A DNA stretch of 64,000 bases from Eledone cirrhosa (GCA_964016885.1 OZ024750.1:35402001-35466000); one strand, 5' to 3'; positions 13,189 to 27,716 are shown, numbered from the stretch's first letter. Program-made: numbers and translations. Notes: generated by a model not told the origin, from the letters alone.

Positions 13189-14249
13189 CAAAAAATAAAG
13201 ACCTAACACACAACATATCATTGCCACTTATTGTCACTTTCATTCTTTTTCATCAAATTTGTGAGAAAAAAATCTGCGTGAAAGGCCATCAGAATGACCA
13301 TTCTGTTCTTGGGTGTTGGTCAGAGCTGGATAAACCATTTAGCAAATAAGTACACACTGAAGGGAAGAAAGGCATATTTTATTAAAATTATAAGTATTTG
13401 TCACCTCCCTTCACAAAAAATTTCTTTTTTACAGATTTTATAGTCTATTAAGTACTTATGGCCTCAGACAGACTTTATATATGAAGGGTTACTATAATAT
13501 TTTAAGTACTTAGGGCTGCTGAAGGACATAATCTGGTCTTGATGAGATGTTTAATCTCTTTTTCTGTTTACCACCAACATATGGCCCTTAAGTCCCTTTA
13601 GCAAAGTCCAGTCTATTAAAAGCATTCACATTAGGCATCTGATCTAAAGAAAATTTCATTGAGGACCAGAAAAAAAAAGCCTTCAAAAAAAGCAAAAACT
13701 CATTTTTTTCAAAACCTAAATTGTAAACCTCTCAGTTATTCTCCCTAATATAAAAAATTACTTTTGAATCAACACAGCAAAACTTATAGAAATGCTGTTA
13801 TATTATGTACAAACTTTGGCTGTAACTAAATTAATTTACAGAGAATATTTTGTAGGAAAAAAATTGTTTATTTTGTTTTGTGTATTATCATCAAATCTTT
13901 TAAAAGATAGAAAACTTTCAGAGAGTGAAACTTCTTTCATGTATAATTTTATTTGATTAAAATTAGTATTTCCACACCATTGAGGCTCAAGGGTATTTTC
14001 AGTACATTGAGATAGTTGCAAATTCTTTATTTTGTTAACTATTTATTCAAGATGTACTGCTAATTCCACTCACATTAGCAATGACATTTTGTTGTATTCT
14101 TCTCTTAGGATACAGTTGGGAAATTTTTATATTTTACAGAAAGATTCTTAAAAAGAATTAAAAAATGTTATGACTACACAATGTTATATATATTATATAT
14201 TCTTCTTTTATTCATTATCCCTTTACAATGTTTATCATTGGCTCTACCA

Positions 14250-14700
14250 CTCTCGCCCACTTACCTTCTTCCTCAACACATGACTCCATTTCTTTTCACA
14301 ATGTTCATCATTGACTTTATTTCTATCCTCTGCAATTCATTCTTTGCCTTCGTCTCTCTCAGAAATACTCCACTTATCCACCAAACCATTCTCATTTCCA
14401 TTCTTTCCAACCTACTCTGTTGTTCCAGGTTCATCACCCATGTCTTACTCCAATAAATCATGGTACTTCTCACATATGTACCATACACCTCTCCCTTCAG
14501 TTTCAGCAACATTCTCCTTCTCATTAGTGCACCACTCAGATCTCAGAATTTATTCTATGTGCATGTCACGCTAGATACTCTCACAGAATTTGATCCCCCC
14601 ACCCTCTCCATTCAACATATCTCTAAGGTAACAAGAGGTTTTCACACCATTCCGACTTAACATCCCCTTCATCTGTAGCTCCCTCTATACACACTTTACA
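14250..14700 (-). mobile_element. degenerate RTE LINE fragment
   Basis: ORF 14273-14524 LKLKGEVYGTYVRSTMIYWSKTW..RLERMEMRMVWWISG, homologous to the post-RT region of the 57999 ORF. Confidence 0.8.
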
Positions 14701-14729
14701 CTTAAATGTAGCTACCACAATATTTAATA

Positions 14730-14913
14730 AGTGTTTCTACTTTTGGCATAAGGCCAGCAATTACCCAGTACATTACTGGTACTTTATTTTATCGACCCCG
14801 TAAGGATGAAAGGCAAAGTTAACCTCGGCGGAATTTGAACTCAGATCATAAAGGGACTTAACTCTATGCTTCAAAGCATGGTGTCCGACTCTCTACCGAT
14901 ACTGTCAATCCAC
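14730..14913 (-). mobile_element. tRNA-derived SINE family B
   Basis: Matches the family consensus (A-box TGGCAGTATCGGT, B-box GAGTTCAAATCC, body GCCTTTCATCCTTACGGGGTCGATAAAATAAAGTACCAG resembling the Meta-SINE domain, tail GTAGAAACAATT). Confidence 0.9.
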
Positions 14914-15435
14914 AATCCCCTCTAATCACTACATGTACTCCCTCAGTGAATATCACACATTCACTAAAGTTCACAGTAACACCCTCCTTGCACACTAAAC
15001 ATGACCAACTTCCTCTTATTTCTATCTCATCTCATACTATAACCACCTGCCATCACCTTTATCTTTCTCATATTCACCTTTGCATCTTTTACCTCTATGA
15101 ATTCCTTCCATCTGTACATCTTCCTCACTCCATCCCAAAACCTTCCACCCTGCTATAAGCCATTAATGTCATACAAGACAATGTTGATGGTATATATATG
15201 GTGTCACCTGATCAAATATATGGCCTGTCTTGGGATGAAATACAGTTAGAAAATATGAAATATCTTTATATTGTAAACATTGTTATGACTAAAGTTTAAA
15301 ATCTATCAGGTGGAATTATATTTATTGAAAGTTGAGCCTACAAGAGTCACAACCTGGAGTCTTTCATTTTCTGGAGATGGTGAATAAGACTCATTGAGTA
15401 GCAGCTCACACAGACTCAAATTTGGAGCAACATGA

Positions 15436-15690
15436 AATCATCATCCAGTGGCTTCAGCTGAAATAGACTCAACAATTGATCTCCACGAGGGTCTGTTGTT
15501 CATTGCTGTTTCCAAGTCCTGGATTTCAATACCAGAATCTCTGGAGATGACATCGGGATAGGAGAGCTTGTGCCCCCTGTTATTAGTGACTGCTTGTGGT
15601 TTCCAAAGCACTAGTGGGGACACAGCTTCTAGTGGTGGCACAATGGCTGTGGCCAGTAAATCTTACTCTCCTTTTACATACAATGTAAGA
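15436..15690 (-). mobile_element. 3' end of another RTE-like LINE
   Basis: LWKPQ..RGHKLSYPDVISRDSGIEIQDLETAMNNRPSWRSIV* then a TGATGA tail; a typical RTE C-terminus. Confidence 0.7.
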
Positions 15691-15774
15691 TATGAAATAA
15701 AGTGTCTTACTCAAGGACACAATGCACTGCTGTGAATCAAACTGATAACCTTATGATCATGAGCCAAACAGTCT

Positions 15775-16010
15775 AGACGTGTAAAGTGGACATGTAGGCG
15801 CCACGGAAAAAGCACCCAGCACTCACTGTAAATGAGGTTGGTGTTAGGAAGGGCATCCATCTGTAGAAATCAAGCCAAAATCAGTTCCTGTATGAGCAAG
15901 GCATGGTCAGCCGACCAGACACTGTCCACAACAGGACAACCCGTCTAACCCATGCTAGCATGGAAGAACGGACGTAAAACGCTGATGATGATGATGATGA
16001 TGATGATGAT
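15775..16010 (+). mobile_element. RTE/SINE tail module
   Basis: Near-identical to 10225-10440; (GAT)n tail. Confidence 0.85.
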
Positions 16011-16252
16011 ATATCTATATATATATATCTATATATGTATAGGAAGACACAAAGCAGGCTTTGTTTATGAACGGCTAACAAATTTGTGTATTGGTAACAC
16101 ATTGGTCCAGCAAACCAAAGATGTGGGTTAGTGCCCCATGTATGGCAATACTCATCCTTTTTTTCTATTCAGAGGGGTTTTTTTAAATCCCAACTAACAG
16201 ACTAATTCAATTTAGTCAAATACGTTGTAAGCATGTTACTACCTAATTTATA

Positions 16253-16568
16253 TCATCATCACTTTTATGTCCGCTATTTCCTGCTTGCAAGGGTGGGACG
16301 GGAACTGATTCTGGCTTGATTTTTACAGCTGGATGCCCTTTCTAACACCAACCTCATTTACAGTGAGTGCTGGGTGCTTTTTTTCCGTGGCTCCTACACG
16401 TCCACTTTACAGTGTCGGCTGAGTGCTTTTTTGCCGTAGCACCTCCACAACCACTTTGCAGTGGAATGATAGGGACCCCAGTCCCTATCATCTCATTTCT
16501 ACAGCTGGATAAACTGGAGCAATATGAAATGAAATGTCTTGCTCAAAGAAACAACACATCACCCGGTC
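16253..16568 (-). mobile_element. SINE family A, head truncated
   Basis: Reverse complement of 6023-6292. Confidence 0.85.
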
Positions 16569-16719
16569 CACAAATTTAAATTTTGAAGACCAATTAGAAT
16601 TGTTAAAGTTAGAAGACCAGTTGGGATTGTTAAATTTGCTAAGGTAAGATTCTTTTGTTATCTTGGCAATTTAACATTCTCCATATGCATTATGTTGGTC
16701 TTCAAAATTTAAATTTGTG
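16569..16719. repeat. ~150-bp fold-back with 25-bp perfect terminal inverted repeats
   Basis: CACAAATTTAAATTTTGAAGACCAA ... TTGGTCTTCAAAATTTAAATTTGTG, plus an imperfect inner inverted repeat. Confidence 0.85.
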
Positions 16720-16739
16720 TTTTCTATATATATATATAA

Positions 16740-17002
16740 AATAAATCATACACAAAACGCCAGCACCAACAGTTTTGCAAGAGATGTCAACACGAATGGA
16801 CCTGTTATTTTTATCTAAAGACATTTTTTCCAATTCCAACCTGCCCGTCCCCTCAATCTATCTTATTTCTCATTCTTTCTTCTGATGAAGGACTAGCGTC
16901 TGAAACCTTAAAACCCTCTTCCTGCTATATCAATCGTTTACCTAATATATTCCTTCCATATACTGTACCATTTGTGTTGTTATTTCTATTTACCTTTTAC
17001 AC
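16740..17002 (+). mobile_element. degenerate Penelope-like element 3' end (GIY-YIG C-terminal remnant plus pLTR with hammerhead-like core)
   Basis: With a frameshift reads KRCQHE-DLLF-YLKTFFP (compare the PLE terminal motif RE..IF.L.TL.P); then CTGATGA-A-GGAC-TAGC-GTCT-GAAAC at 16882-16906; (TA)n on both sides. Confidence 0.55.
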
Positions 17003-17037
<35 letters not shown>

Positions 17038-17420
17038 AAGGTAGATAAGATTTTGTTTATGTATATCAGGAATGAAGGCTTAAACAAGAAAACTGTTTAC
17101 CAGAGAGTTTGACTCGAAGGTATCCTTTGAATTATATAGCATAAATATCCAAGTAAGGAAATATGGAATATATGTCCAAGTAAGGAAATATGGAATATAT
17201 GTCCAGAAGAGAACATGGAGATATAAGCAAGTATTGCACCAAGAAAAATATAAACATCAGCGAGAAAGGAAATTAGGAATGTATTTGCTTTAACATATGT
17301 TTCTGTGTTTATACTTATATATATATAATATATATTTATATATATATAATATATATTTATATATAATATATATTTATATATATATAATATATATTTATAT
17401 ATATATAATATATATTTGTA

Positions 17421-17750
17421 TGGAGGCACATGGCTTAGTGGTTAGAGCATTGGCCTTGCAATCGAAAGTGAGTTCAATTCTCAGACCGGGCGATGTGTTG
17501 TTTCCTTGAGCAAGACACTTTATTTCACATTGCTCCAGTTTACTCAGCTGTAGAAATGAGATGATAGGGACTGGGGTTCCTATCATTCCACTGCAAAGAG
17601 TTTGTGTAGGTGCCACGGCAAAAAAGCACCCAGCACTCACTGTAAATGAGGTTGGTGTTAGGAAAGGCATCCAGCTGTAGAAATCAAGCCAGAATCAGTT
17701 CCCGTCCCACCCTTGCAAGCAGGGAAAAGCGGACGTAAAATGAAATGATG
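17421..17750 (+). mobile_element. SINE family A, full length
   Basis: Same head, body and tail as 5957-6292; inserted in an AT-rich repeat. Confidence 0.9.
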
Positions 17751-18485
17751 ATATATATAATATATATTTATATATATATAATATATATTTATATATATAT
17801 AATATATATTTTAAATTAATTAATGAAGTTAAAAACTCACATTAATCCCCTATAATTTAGGGAGCTCAAGGAATATAAGAGCTTCTAAAGTTGAATGGTT
17901 CTGAACTGCTATTTTTAGTGGTCTTTTGGTCTATTCACACTACCATGGGCTATAAAATCCGCATGCCTTTCCTCTCTACAATGTATTTTCTTGGTTATCT
18001 GATATATTTTTATAGAAGTGTTGATCATATTGCTAGGCACCCACCAATGAGTTGCATCTACAATATGGATTCTTCACTTTTTATAGTGAAATATACTTTT
18101 ATTTGAGCATGTCTGGGTGTTATAGCTATAATTGGATGGTTAGTATACTTTAATATATTCTTTTTATTGATTTATATTCATCATTCTTTCAATAGGTAAT
18201 ATGTTTGTCACTCTGGTGGTGTTTAATTCCCTATGATTGAACACATATCTCTATGTGTACTTCTCTTTATATGTTGATATATATATATATATATTTTTAC
18301 TATATACTCAGAGAGAGGAGAGCAATTCTCATGAGACCCTTTGGAGTTAGATGCATATTGCACTAAGTCACTGCATATTTTAAAGGAATTATATATCTAT
18401 ATGCCTTTTTCTCTATATATATCAAAATTATATTGTTTGACTTGAGTAAAAGCAATGTGTGTTTTCGTTACAAATGCTATTGAAA

Positions 18486-18671
18486 TAATTGTTTATACTT
18501 TTGGCACAAGGCCAGCAATTAACCAGTACATTACTGGTACTTTATTTTATCGACCCCTTAAGGATGAAAGGCAAAGTTAACCTCAACGAGATTTGAACTC
18601 AGTATGTAAAGGGATGTAATTGTGCTGGAAAGCATGGCGTCCGACCCTCTACCGATACTGCCAATCCACCA
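18486..18671 (-). mobile_element. SINE family B
   Basis: Family consensus match. Confidence 0.9.
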
Positions 18672-18726
18672 CAATATTACTTTGTTTCTCATAAGAAAAC
18701 CTAGCTATAAAATGATTGTTTTATTT

Positions 18727-18754
18727 CCCAGGTAATGCTGGGTAGTCATCTAGT
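18727..18754 (+). mobile_element. degenerate Helitron 3' terminus
   Basis: CCCAGGTAATGCTGGG hairpin followed 7 nt later by CTAG|T, the same architecture as 4994-5021. Confidence 0.45.
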
Positions 18755-18827
18755 AGTAGCTCAATAATTCTCACTATTATAATCACAAACAGTCATTCAT
18801 TTAAGCAATCCTTGAATGATTGCATCC

Positions 18828-18866
<39 letters not shown>

Positions 18867-19559
18867 CAACAACAATAATAATAATAATAATAATAATAAG
18901 GGATTCAGTTCATAGAAATGTTCGATAAATGCGATAGTAGTTGTCTTAACAGTTATTCTATTATAATTTAATATCTCAACAGCATTACTGTCCTTCTTCA
19001 GTGACAGAAGTTCTTTGTCTCTCTCTAATGTCTTCTTAATCTCTTTATCACTCACAGTGGTCTTTCTCTCTCCCCTCTCTAGCTTTCTTAATCTATATTT
19101 CAGATAATTTCTCATTGAGTAATTCATTCATCACCACTGATATATTAAGAAGTGTATCAAAATACTCTATCCTTGATAAGTAATCTGTTTAGAACCTTAA
19201 ATACTTCTAAAATAATTACATGATTCTATGTTTTAGTGTTACAGATGAACTTAATGTCTTATAAAGGAGACACCCTTCTTATTAAGTATCTCAAATTTCT
19301 AATATCGCTAATTGTGCAAATGAATATCATGCAGTATTCCTTAATTCATTTTTAAGATTATTTAATCCTCTACAAAAGTATGCTATTACAGGTTTTAGCT
19401 GTAAACATAAATCTTTAAGTTTATAAATGAATAAACATTGCAAATATGTATTTTTATTGGAAAAATTGGCAAAAACCTTCCTCCCAAATATAATTCCTAA
19501 GAAACAACAACAAACTTCGGTCATATATCTTGGGTACTGACTGAAAGAATATGCTCAAG

Positions 19560-19920
19560 AATTCAAGAGGTCGAAATGCGGTTCCTCTGAAGCATCTTTG
19601 GTGGAATAACGTTACTCTATAGAGTGCATATCTCAGAGATCAGAGAGTCACTGCAGGTAGAGCCGCTACTTATCCAATACTATGGAGGACTTGTGATTAG
19701 AATGTCTCAGGAAAGAATCACTGGACAGATTTTACGGGTAAAAACCAACCAGCAGCAGACCCGGGGTTAGACTCAGAGCAAGATGATTGTATAACATCCA
19801 TTAGTTTGGCTGATGATTGGAGATGGTTGCTTCTGACAGGACCCACTGGGAGGAGTGTTTGAGGACTCTAACTCCTCGGCCCTCTCAGGAATAAGTGGGC
19901 AAAGAAAAAGAAGAAAAAAA
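19560..19920 (+). mobile_element. degenerate Rex3/Expander-like RTE 3' end
   Basis: EVEMRFL*SIFGGITLLYRVHISEIRESLQVEPLL, a typical RTE post-RT motif, with an A-rich tail. Confidence 0.7.
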
Positions 19921-20016
19921 TCCCCAAAGATTACCAGGAAACTAACTTTTCCATTACCTTCACCTTACCTTCCATTTTGTATTGTTTTAGCCTTCTAACA
20001 TAATATCACTTTCCAC

Positions 20017-20182
20017 AAGGTCGGACGCCATGCTTTGCAGCACAGTTACGTCCCTTTACGGACTGAGTTCAAATCCCGCCGAGGTTGACTTTGCCTTTGA
20101 TCCTTACGGGGTCGATAAAATAAAGTACCAGTAATGCACTGGGTAATTGCTGGCCTTGTGCCATAAGTAGAAACAATTATAT
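20017..20182 (+). mobile_element. SINE family B (5'-truncated)
   Basis: Family consensus match. Confidence 0.9.
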
Positions 20183-20389
20183 ATTATATACAATGCTTCA
20201 AGCAAACAACATTTTATTATAATTTTTAAGGCTTTGCTTAAAAGTTTAAACTTCTACAAAGATTCAAGAATAGAAAGAACTCTCCATGCTGAGAGTTTCA
20301 TTCAAATGTCAAAGTTTTCAAACTTGACAATGTTTCTCAGACTAACATCTATTGTTCTTGTTAATTTTTATATCATTTATTCATTTCTT

Positions 20390-20940
20390 CATTCATCATC
20401 ATCATCACCATCATCATTATCATCATCATCCTCACCATTACCACGATTAGCACCACTACCACCATCACCATCACCCTTATCATCACCACTGCCACCGTCA
20501 TCATCATCATCATCATCATCATCACTACCACTGCCATCATCATCACCACTACCACCACCATCACCACCATCACCACCACCACCCTCATCACCACCACCCT
20601 CATCACCACCACCATCATCATTATCCTTTTACACCTGGGTTGGATGAGTTTTTTCCAGCCAAGCATTCTTTCATCTACTCCATTCCAGTTAGGTACAGCA
20701 GTTCAATATCCACTTTCCTTACCACTTCTGCCCAGGTCCTCCTTGGTCTTCCTCTACTGCAGCTTCCTTCCATTGGGAATCATTTATATACATCACATGT
20801 CCATACCATCTCAGTCTTCACTCATGCACACAACATCTAACTCCCCTTAAACACAGTTTCTCTCTCAGCCCATCAATGCTTCACAATTCCTGCACATTAA
20901 CATCACTCATCCATTGAATTATGTCCGCTTCATTAATATT
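20390..20940 (-). mobile_element. (CAT/CAC)n microsatellite grown from the tail of a degenerate RTE 3' fragment
   Basis: The microsatellite at 20390-20625 abuts a fragment with CCTTGGTCTTCCTCTAC (GRPR) and CATCACATGTCCATACCA (WYGHVM) on the minus strand. Confidence 0.7.
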
Positions 20941-21094
20941 TCTTATATTTTGATGTATAGTTTATAATGAGAAACACTTCCTTCATCAACTGTCAACTGG
21001 AGATCCATAAAATTTCAGCATCTCCTGACATTATCACTTCATCCAGTAGAGCTATGTAGTATTGAAGTTAACAACAAATATCTGAGTTAATCTG

Positions 21095-24000
21095 TTTTAC
21101 ATTGTAACATACATGTTTTTCTATATTATCCATACATCTATAACATCAAACTGTAGAGAGCTATACCTCACACTAAACTGTAACATAGTTTTTCTATATT
21201 ATCCAGACATCTACAACATCAAACTGTAGACAGCTATACCTCACACTAAACAGTAACATAGTTTTTCTATATTATCCAGACATCTACAACATCAAACTAT
21301 AGACAGCTATACCTCACACTAAACTGTAACATAGTTTTTCTATATTATCCATACATCTATAACATCAAACTGTAGACAGCTATACCTCACAGTAAACTGT
21401 AACATATAGTTTTTCTATATTATCCATACATCTACAACATCAAACTATAGACAGCTATACCTCACACTAAACTGTAACATATAGTTTTTCTATATTATCC
21501 ATACATCTACAACATCAAACTGTAGACAGCTATACCTCACACTAAACTGTAACATATAGTTTTTCTATATTAACCATACATCTATAACATCAAACTGTAG
21601 ACAGCTATACCTCACACTAAACTGTAACATATAGTTTTTCTATTTTAACCATACATCTATAACATCAAACTGTAGACAGCTATACCTCACACTAAACTGT
21701 AACATATAGTTTTTCTATATTAACCATACATCTATAACATCAAACTGTAGACAGCTATACCTCACACTAAACTGTAACATATAGTTTTTCTATATTATCC
21801 ATACATCTATAACATCAAACTGTAGACAGCTATACCTCACACTAAACTGTAACATATAGTTTTTCTATATTATCCATACATCTATAACATCAAACTGTAG
21901 ACAGCTAAACCTCACACTAAACTGTAACATATAGTTTTTCTATATTATCCAGACATCTACAACATCAAACTGTAGACAGCTATGCCTCACACTAAACTGT
22001 AACATATAGTTTTTTCTATATTAACCATACATCTACAACATCAAACTGTAGACAGCTATGCCTCACACTAAACTGTAACATATAGTTTTTCTATATTAAC
22101 CATACATCTACAACATCAAACTATAGACAGCTATACCTCACACTAAACTGTAACATATAGTTTTTCTATATTAACCATACATCTATAACATCAAACTGTA
22201 GACAGCTATACCTCACACTAAACTGTAACATATAGTTTTTCTATATTAACCATACATCTATAACATCAAACTATAGACAGCTATACCTCACACTAAACTG
22301 TAACATATAGTTTTTCTATATTAACCATACATCTATAACATCAAACTGTAGACAGCTATGCCTCACACTAAACTGTAACATATAGTTTTTCTATATTAAC
22401 CATACATCTATAACATCAAACTGTAGACAGCTATGCCTCACACTAAACTGTAACATATAGTTTTTCTATATTAACCATACATCTATAACATCAAACTGTA
22501 GACAGCTATGCCTCACACTAAACTGTAACATATAGTTTTTCTATATTATCCATACATCTACAACATCAAACTGTAGACAGCTATACCTCACACTAAACTG
22601 TAACATACAGTTTTTCTATATTATCCATACATCTACAACATCAAACTGTAGACAGCTATACCTCACACTAAACTGTAACATATAGTTTTTCTATATTAAC
22701 CATACATCTACAACATCAAACTATAGACAGCTATACCTCACACTAAACTGTAACATATAGTTTTTCTATATTATCCATACATCTACAACATCAAACTGTA
22801 GACAGCTATACCTCACACTAAACTGTAACATAGTTTTTCTATATTATCCATACATCTACAACATCAAACTGTAGACAGCTATACCTCACACTAAACTGTA
22901 ACATATAGTCTTTCTATATTATCCATACATCTATAACATCAAACTGTAGACAGCTATACCTCACACTAAACTGTAACAACTAGTTTTTTTATATTATCCA
23001 TACATCTACAACATCAAACTGTAGACAGCTATACCTCACACTAAACTGTAACATATAGTTTTTCTATATTAACCATACATCTATAACATCAAACTGTAGA
23101 CAGCTATACCTCACACTAAACTGTAACATATAGTTTTTCTATTTTAACCATACATCTATAACATCAAACTGTAGACAGCTATACCTCACACTAAACTGTA
23201 ACATATAGTTTTTCTATATTAACCATACATCTATAACATCAAACTGTAGACAGCTATACCTCACACTAAACTGTAACATATAGTTTTTCTATATTAACCA
23301 TACATCTATAACATCAAACTGTAGACAGCTATACCTCACACTAAACTGTAACATATAGTTTTTCTATATTATCCATACATCTATAACATCAAACTGTAGA
23401 CAGCTATACCTCACACTAAACTGTAACATATAGTTTTTCTATATTATCCATACATCTATAACATCAAACTGTAGACAGCTAAACCTCACACTAAACTGTA
23501 ACATATAGTTTTTCTATATTATCCAGACATCTACAACATCAAACTGTAGACAGCTATGCCTCACACTAAACTGTAACATATAGTTTTTCTATATTAACCA
23601 TACATCTACAACATCAAACTGTAGACAGCTATGCCTCACACTAAACTGTAACATATAGTTTTTCTATATTAACCATACATCTACAACATCAAACTATAGA
23701 CAGCTATACCTCACACTAAACTGTAACATATAGTTTTTCTATATTAACCATACATCTATAACATCAAACTGTAGACAGCTATGCCTCACACTAAACTGTA
23801 ACATATAGTTTTTCTATATTAACCATACATCTATAACATCAAACTGTAGACAGCTATGCCTCACACTAAACTGTAACATATAGTTTTTCTATATTAACCA
23901 TACATCTATAACATCAAACTGTAGACAGCTATGCCTCACACTAAACTGTAACATATAGTTTTTCTATATTATCCATACATCTACAACATCAAACTGTAGA

Positions 24001-26705
24001 CAGCTATACCTCACACTAAACTGTAACATACAGTTTTTCTATATTATCCATACATCTACAACATCAAACTGTAGACAGCTATACCTCACACTAAACTGTA
24101 ACATATAGTTTTTCTATATTAACCATACATCTATAACATCAAACTGTAGACAGCTATACCTCACACTAAACTGTAACATATAGTTTTTCTATATTATCCA
24201 TACATCTACAACATCAAACTATAGACAGCTATACCTCACACTAAACTGTAACATATAGTTTTTCTATATTATCCATACATCTACAACATCAAACTATAGA
24301 CAGCTATACCTCACACTAAACTGTAACATATAGTTTTTCTATATTATCCATACATCTACAACATCAAACTGTAGACAGCTATACCTCACACTAAACTGTA
24401 ACATATAGTTTTTCTATATTATCCATACATCTACAACATCAAACTGTAGACAGCTGTACCTCACACTAAACTGTAACATATAGTTTTTCTATATTATCCA
24501 TACATCTATAACATCAAACTGTAGACAGCTATACCTCACACTAAACTGTAACATATAGTTTTTCTATATTAACCATACATCTACAACATCAAACTGTAGA
24601 CAGCTATACCTCACACTAAACTGTAACATAGTTTTTCTATATTATCCATACATCTACAACATCAAACTGTAGACAGCTATACCTCACACTAAACTGTAAC
24701 ATATAGTCTTTCTATATTATCCATACATCTATAACATCAAACTGTAGACAGCTATACCTCACACTAAACTGTAACATATAGTTTTTTTATATTATCCATA
24801 CATCTATAACATCAAACTGTAGACAGCTATGCCTCACACTAAACTGTAACATATAGTTTTTTTATATTATCCATACATCTACAACATCAAACTGTAGACA
24901 GCTATACCTCACACTAAACTGTAACATATAGTTTTTCTATATTATCCATACATCTATAACATCAAACTGTAGACAGCTATACCTCACACTAAACTGTAAC
25001 AACTAGTTTTTTTATATTATCCATACATCTACAACATCAAACTGTAGACAGCTATACCTCACACTAAACTGTAACATATAGTTTTTCTATATTATCCATA
25101 CATCTACAACATGAAACTGTAGACAGCTATACCTCACACTAAACTGTAACATATAGTTTTTCTATATTATCCATACATCTATAACATCAAACTGTAGACA
25201 GCTATACCTCACACTAAACTGTAACAACTAGTTTTTCTATATTATCCATACATCTACAACATCAAACTGTAGACAGCTATACCTCACATTAAACTGTAAC
25301 ATATAGTTTTTCTATATTATCCATACATCTACAACATGAAACTGTAGACAGCTATACCTCACACTAAACTGTAACATATAGTTTTTCTATATTAACCATA
25401 CATCTACAACATCAAACTATAGACAGCTATACCTCACACTAAACTGTAACATATAGTTTTTCTATATTAACCATACATCTATAACATCAAACTGTAGACA
25501 GCTATGCCTCACACTAAACTGTAACATATAGTTTTTCTATATTAACCATACATCTATAACATCAAACTGTAGACAGCTATGCCTCACACTAAACTGTAAC
25601 ATATAGTTTTTCTATATTAACCATACATCTATAACATCAAACTGTAGACAGCTATGCCTCACACTAAACTGTAACATATAGTTTTTCTATATTATCCATA
25701 CATCTACAACATCAAACTGTAGACAGCTATACCTCACACTAAACTGTAACATACAGTTTTTCTATATTATCCATACATCTACAACATCAAACTGTAGACA
25801 GCTATACCTCACACTAAACTGTAACATATAGTTTTTCTATATTAACCATACATCTACAACATCAAACTGTAGACAGCTATACCTCACACTAAACTGTAAC
25901 ATATAGTTTTTCTATATTAACCATACATCTATAACATCAAACTGTAGACAGCTATACCTCACACTAAACTGTAACATATAGTTTTTCTATATTATCCATA
26001 CATCTACAACATCAAACTGTAGACAGCTATACCTCACACTAAACTGTAACATATAGTTTTTCTATATTATCCATACATCTACAACATCAAACTGTAGACA
26101 GCTATACCTCACACTAAACTGTAACATATAGTTTTTCTATATTATCCATACATCTATAACATCAAACTGTAGACAGCTATACCTCACACTAAACTGTAAC
26201 AACTATTTTTTTTCTATTATCCATACATCTACAACATCAAACTGTAGACAGCTATACCTCACACTAAACTGTAACATATAGTTTTTCTATATTATCCATA
26301 CATCTACAACATCAAACTGTAGACAGCTATACCTCACACTAAACTGTAACATATAGTTTTTCTATATTATCCATACATCTATAACATCAAACTGTAGACA
26401 GCTATACCTCACACTAAGCTGTAACATATAGTTTTTCTATATTAACCATACATCTATAACATCAAACTGTAGACAGCTATACCTCACACTAAACTGTAAC
26501 ATATAGTTTTTCTATATTATCCATACATCTACAACATCAAACTGTAGACAGCTATACCTCACACTAAACTGTAACATATAGTTTTTCTATATTATCCATA
26601 CATCTATAACATCAAACTGTAGACAGCTATACCTCACACTAAACTGTAACATTGTTTTTCTATATTATCCATACATCTATAACATCAAACTGTAGACAGC
26701 TATAA
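21095..26705. repeat. 75-bp satellite array, about 75 copies (5.6 kb)
   Basis: Unit ATACATCTATAACATCAAACTGTAGACAGCTATACCTCACACTAAACTGTAACATATAGTTTTTCTATATTATCC, highly homogeneous. Confidence 0.98.
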
Positions 26706-26980
26706 CAATTTCAATTATTTGGTTTTACCACTTGCTGAGAATTTCTGTTTTGTTCTCTGATTTGGTTATTGTCTCATATGCCACAGAACTTAATGTCAAT
26801 CTAAAGAACTCATAAATTTACCATTCATATTGAAAGTGCTTTTATTCTAATTTCTGTGTGCAACACTTCTCACATCTTCTTTAGATTCAAAATAATCTTT
26901 GAATAGAAATTAAAATATAATTCCAAAATTTCAGTTCTTTGAAAGATAATAAAATGCATGAGATTATATTGTTCCTATTA

Positions 26981-27184
26981 CACCACCACCACAACAACAA
27001 CAACAACAACAACAGCAGAAGCAGCAGCTGCAGCAACGACAGCAACAACAACAACAGCAGCAGCAACAGCAACAACAACAACAACGGCAACAACAGCAGC
27101 GGCAACAACGGCAACAACAGCAGCAGCAGCAGCAACGGCAGCAGCAGCAGCAACGACAGCAACAACAACAACAGCAGCAGCAGC

Positions 27185-27253
<69 letters not shown>

Positions 27254-27268
27254 AACAATAATAATAAT
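26981..27268. repeat. (CAA/CAG)n trinucleotide repeat
   Basis: Direct reading; abuts a SINE tail. Confidence 0.95.
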
Positions 27269-27673
27269 TGTTTCTACGTTTGGCACAAGGCCAGAAATTA
27301 CTCAGTGCATTACTGGTACTTTATTTTATCGACCCCGTAAGGATGAAAGGCAAAGTTAACCTCGGCGGGATTTGAACTCAGATTGGCAAGGGCCGTAACT
27401 CTATGCTACAAAGCATGGCGTCCGACCCTCTACAGATACTGCCAATAATAATAATAATGATAATTGTTTCTGATTTAGGCACAGGGCCAGCAATTTGAAG
27501 GGGAGGGAAACGTTGATTAATTCGCCCCCAGTGCATTACTGGTACTTTATTTTATCAACCCCATAAGGATGAAAGGCAAAGCTAACCTCAGCAGGATTTG
27601 AACTCAGAATGGTAAGGGCCGTAACTCTATGCATAGCGTCCAACCCTCTACCGATACTGCCAATCCACCGCCC
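27262..27673 (-). mobile_element. two tandem SINE family B copies (27262-27447, 27460-27673)
   Basis: Two consecutive consensus matches separated by (AAT)n; the second has a longer 3' variant. Confidence 0.9.

Positions 27674-27716
<43 letters not shown>

Noticed and set aside
13321-13540. hAT-type MITE (CAGAGCTGGATAA...TAATCTGGTCTTG); similar end at about 2690-2707
   Set aside because: TIRs are too degenerate and there is no 8-bp TSD; cannot be supported
21095-26705. CRISPR-like array
   Set aside because: Contiguous near-identical units without unique spacers; no cas genes; eukaryotic context. The same applies to the other arrays
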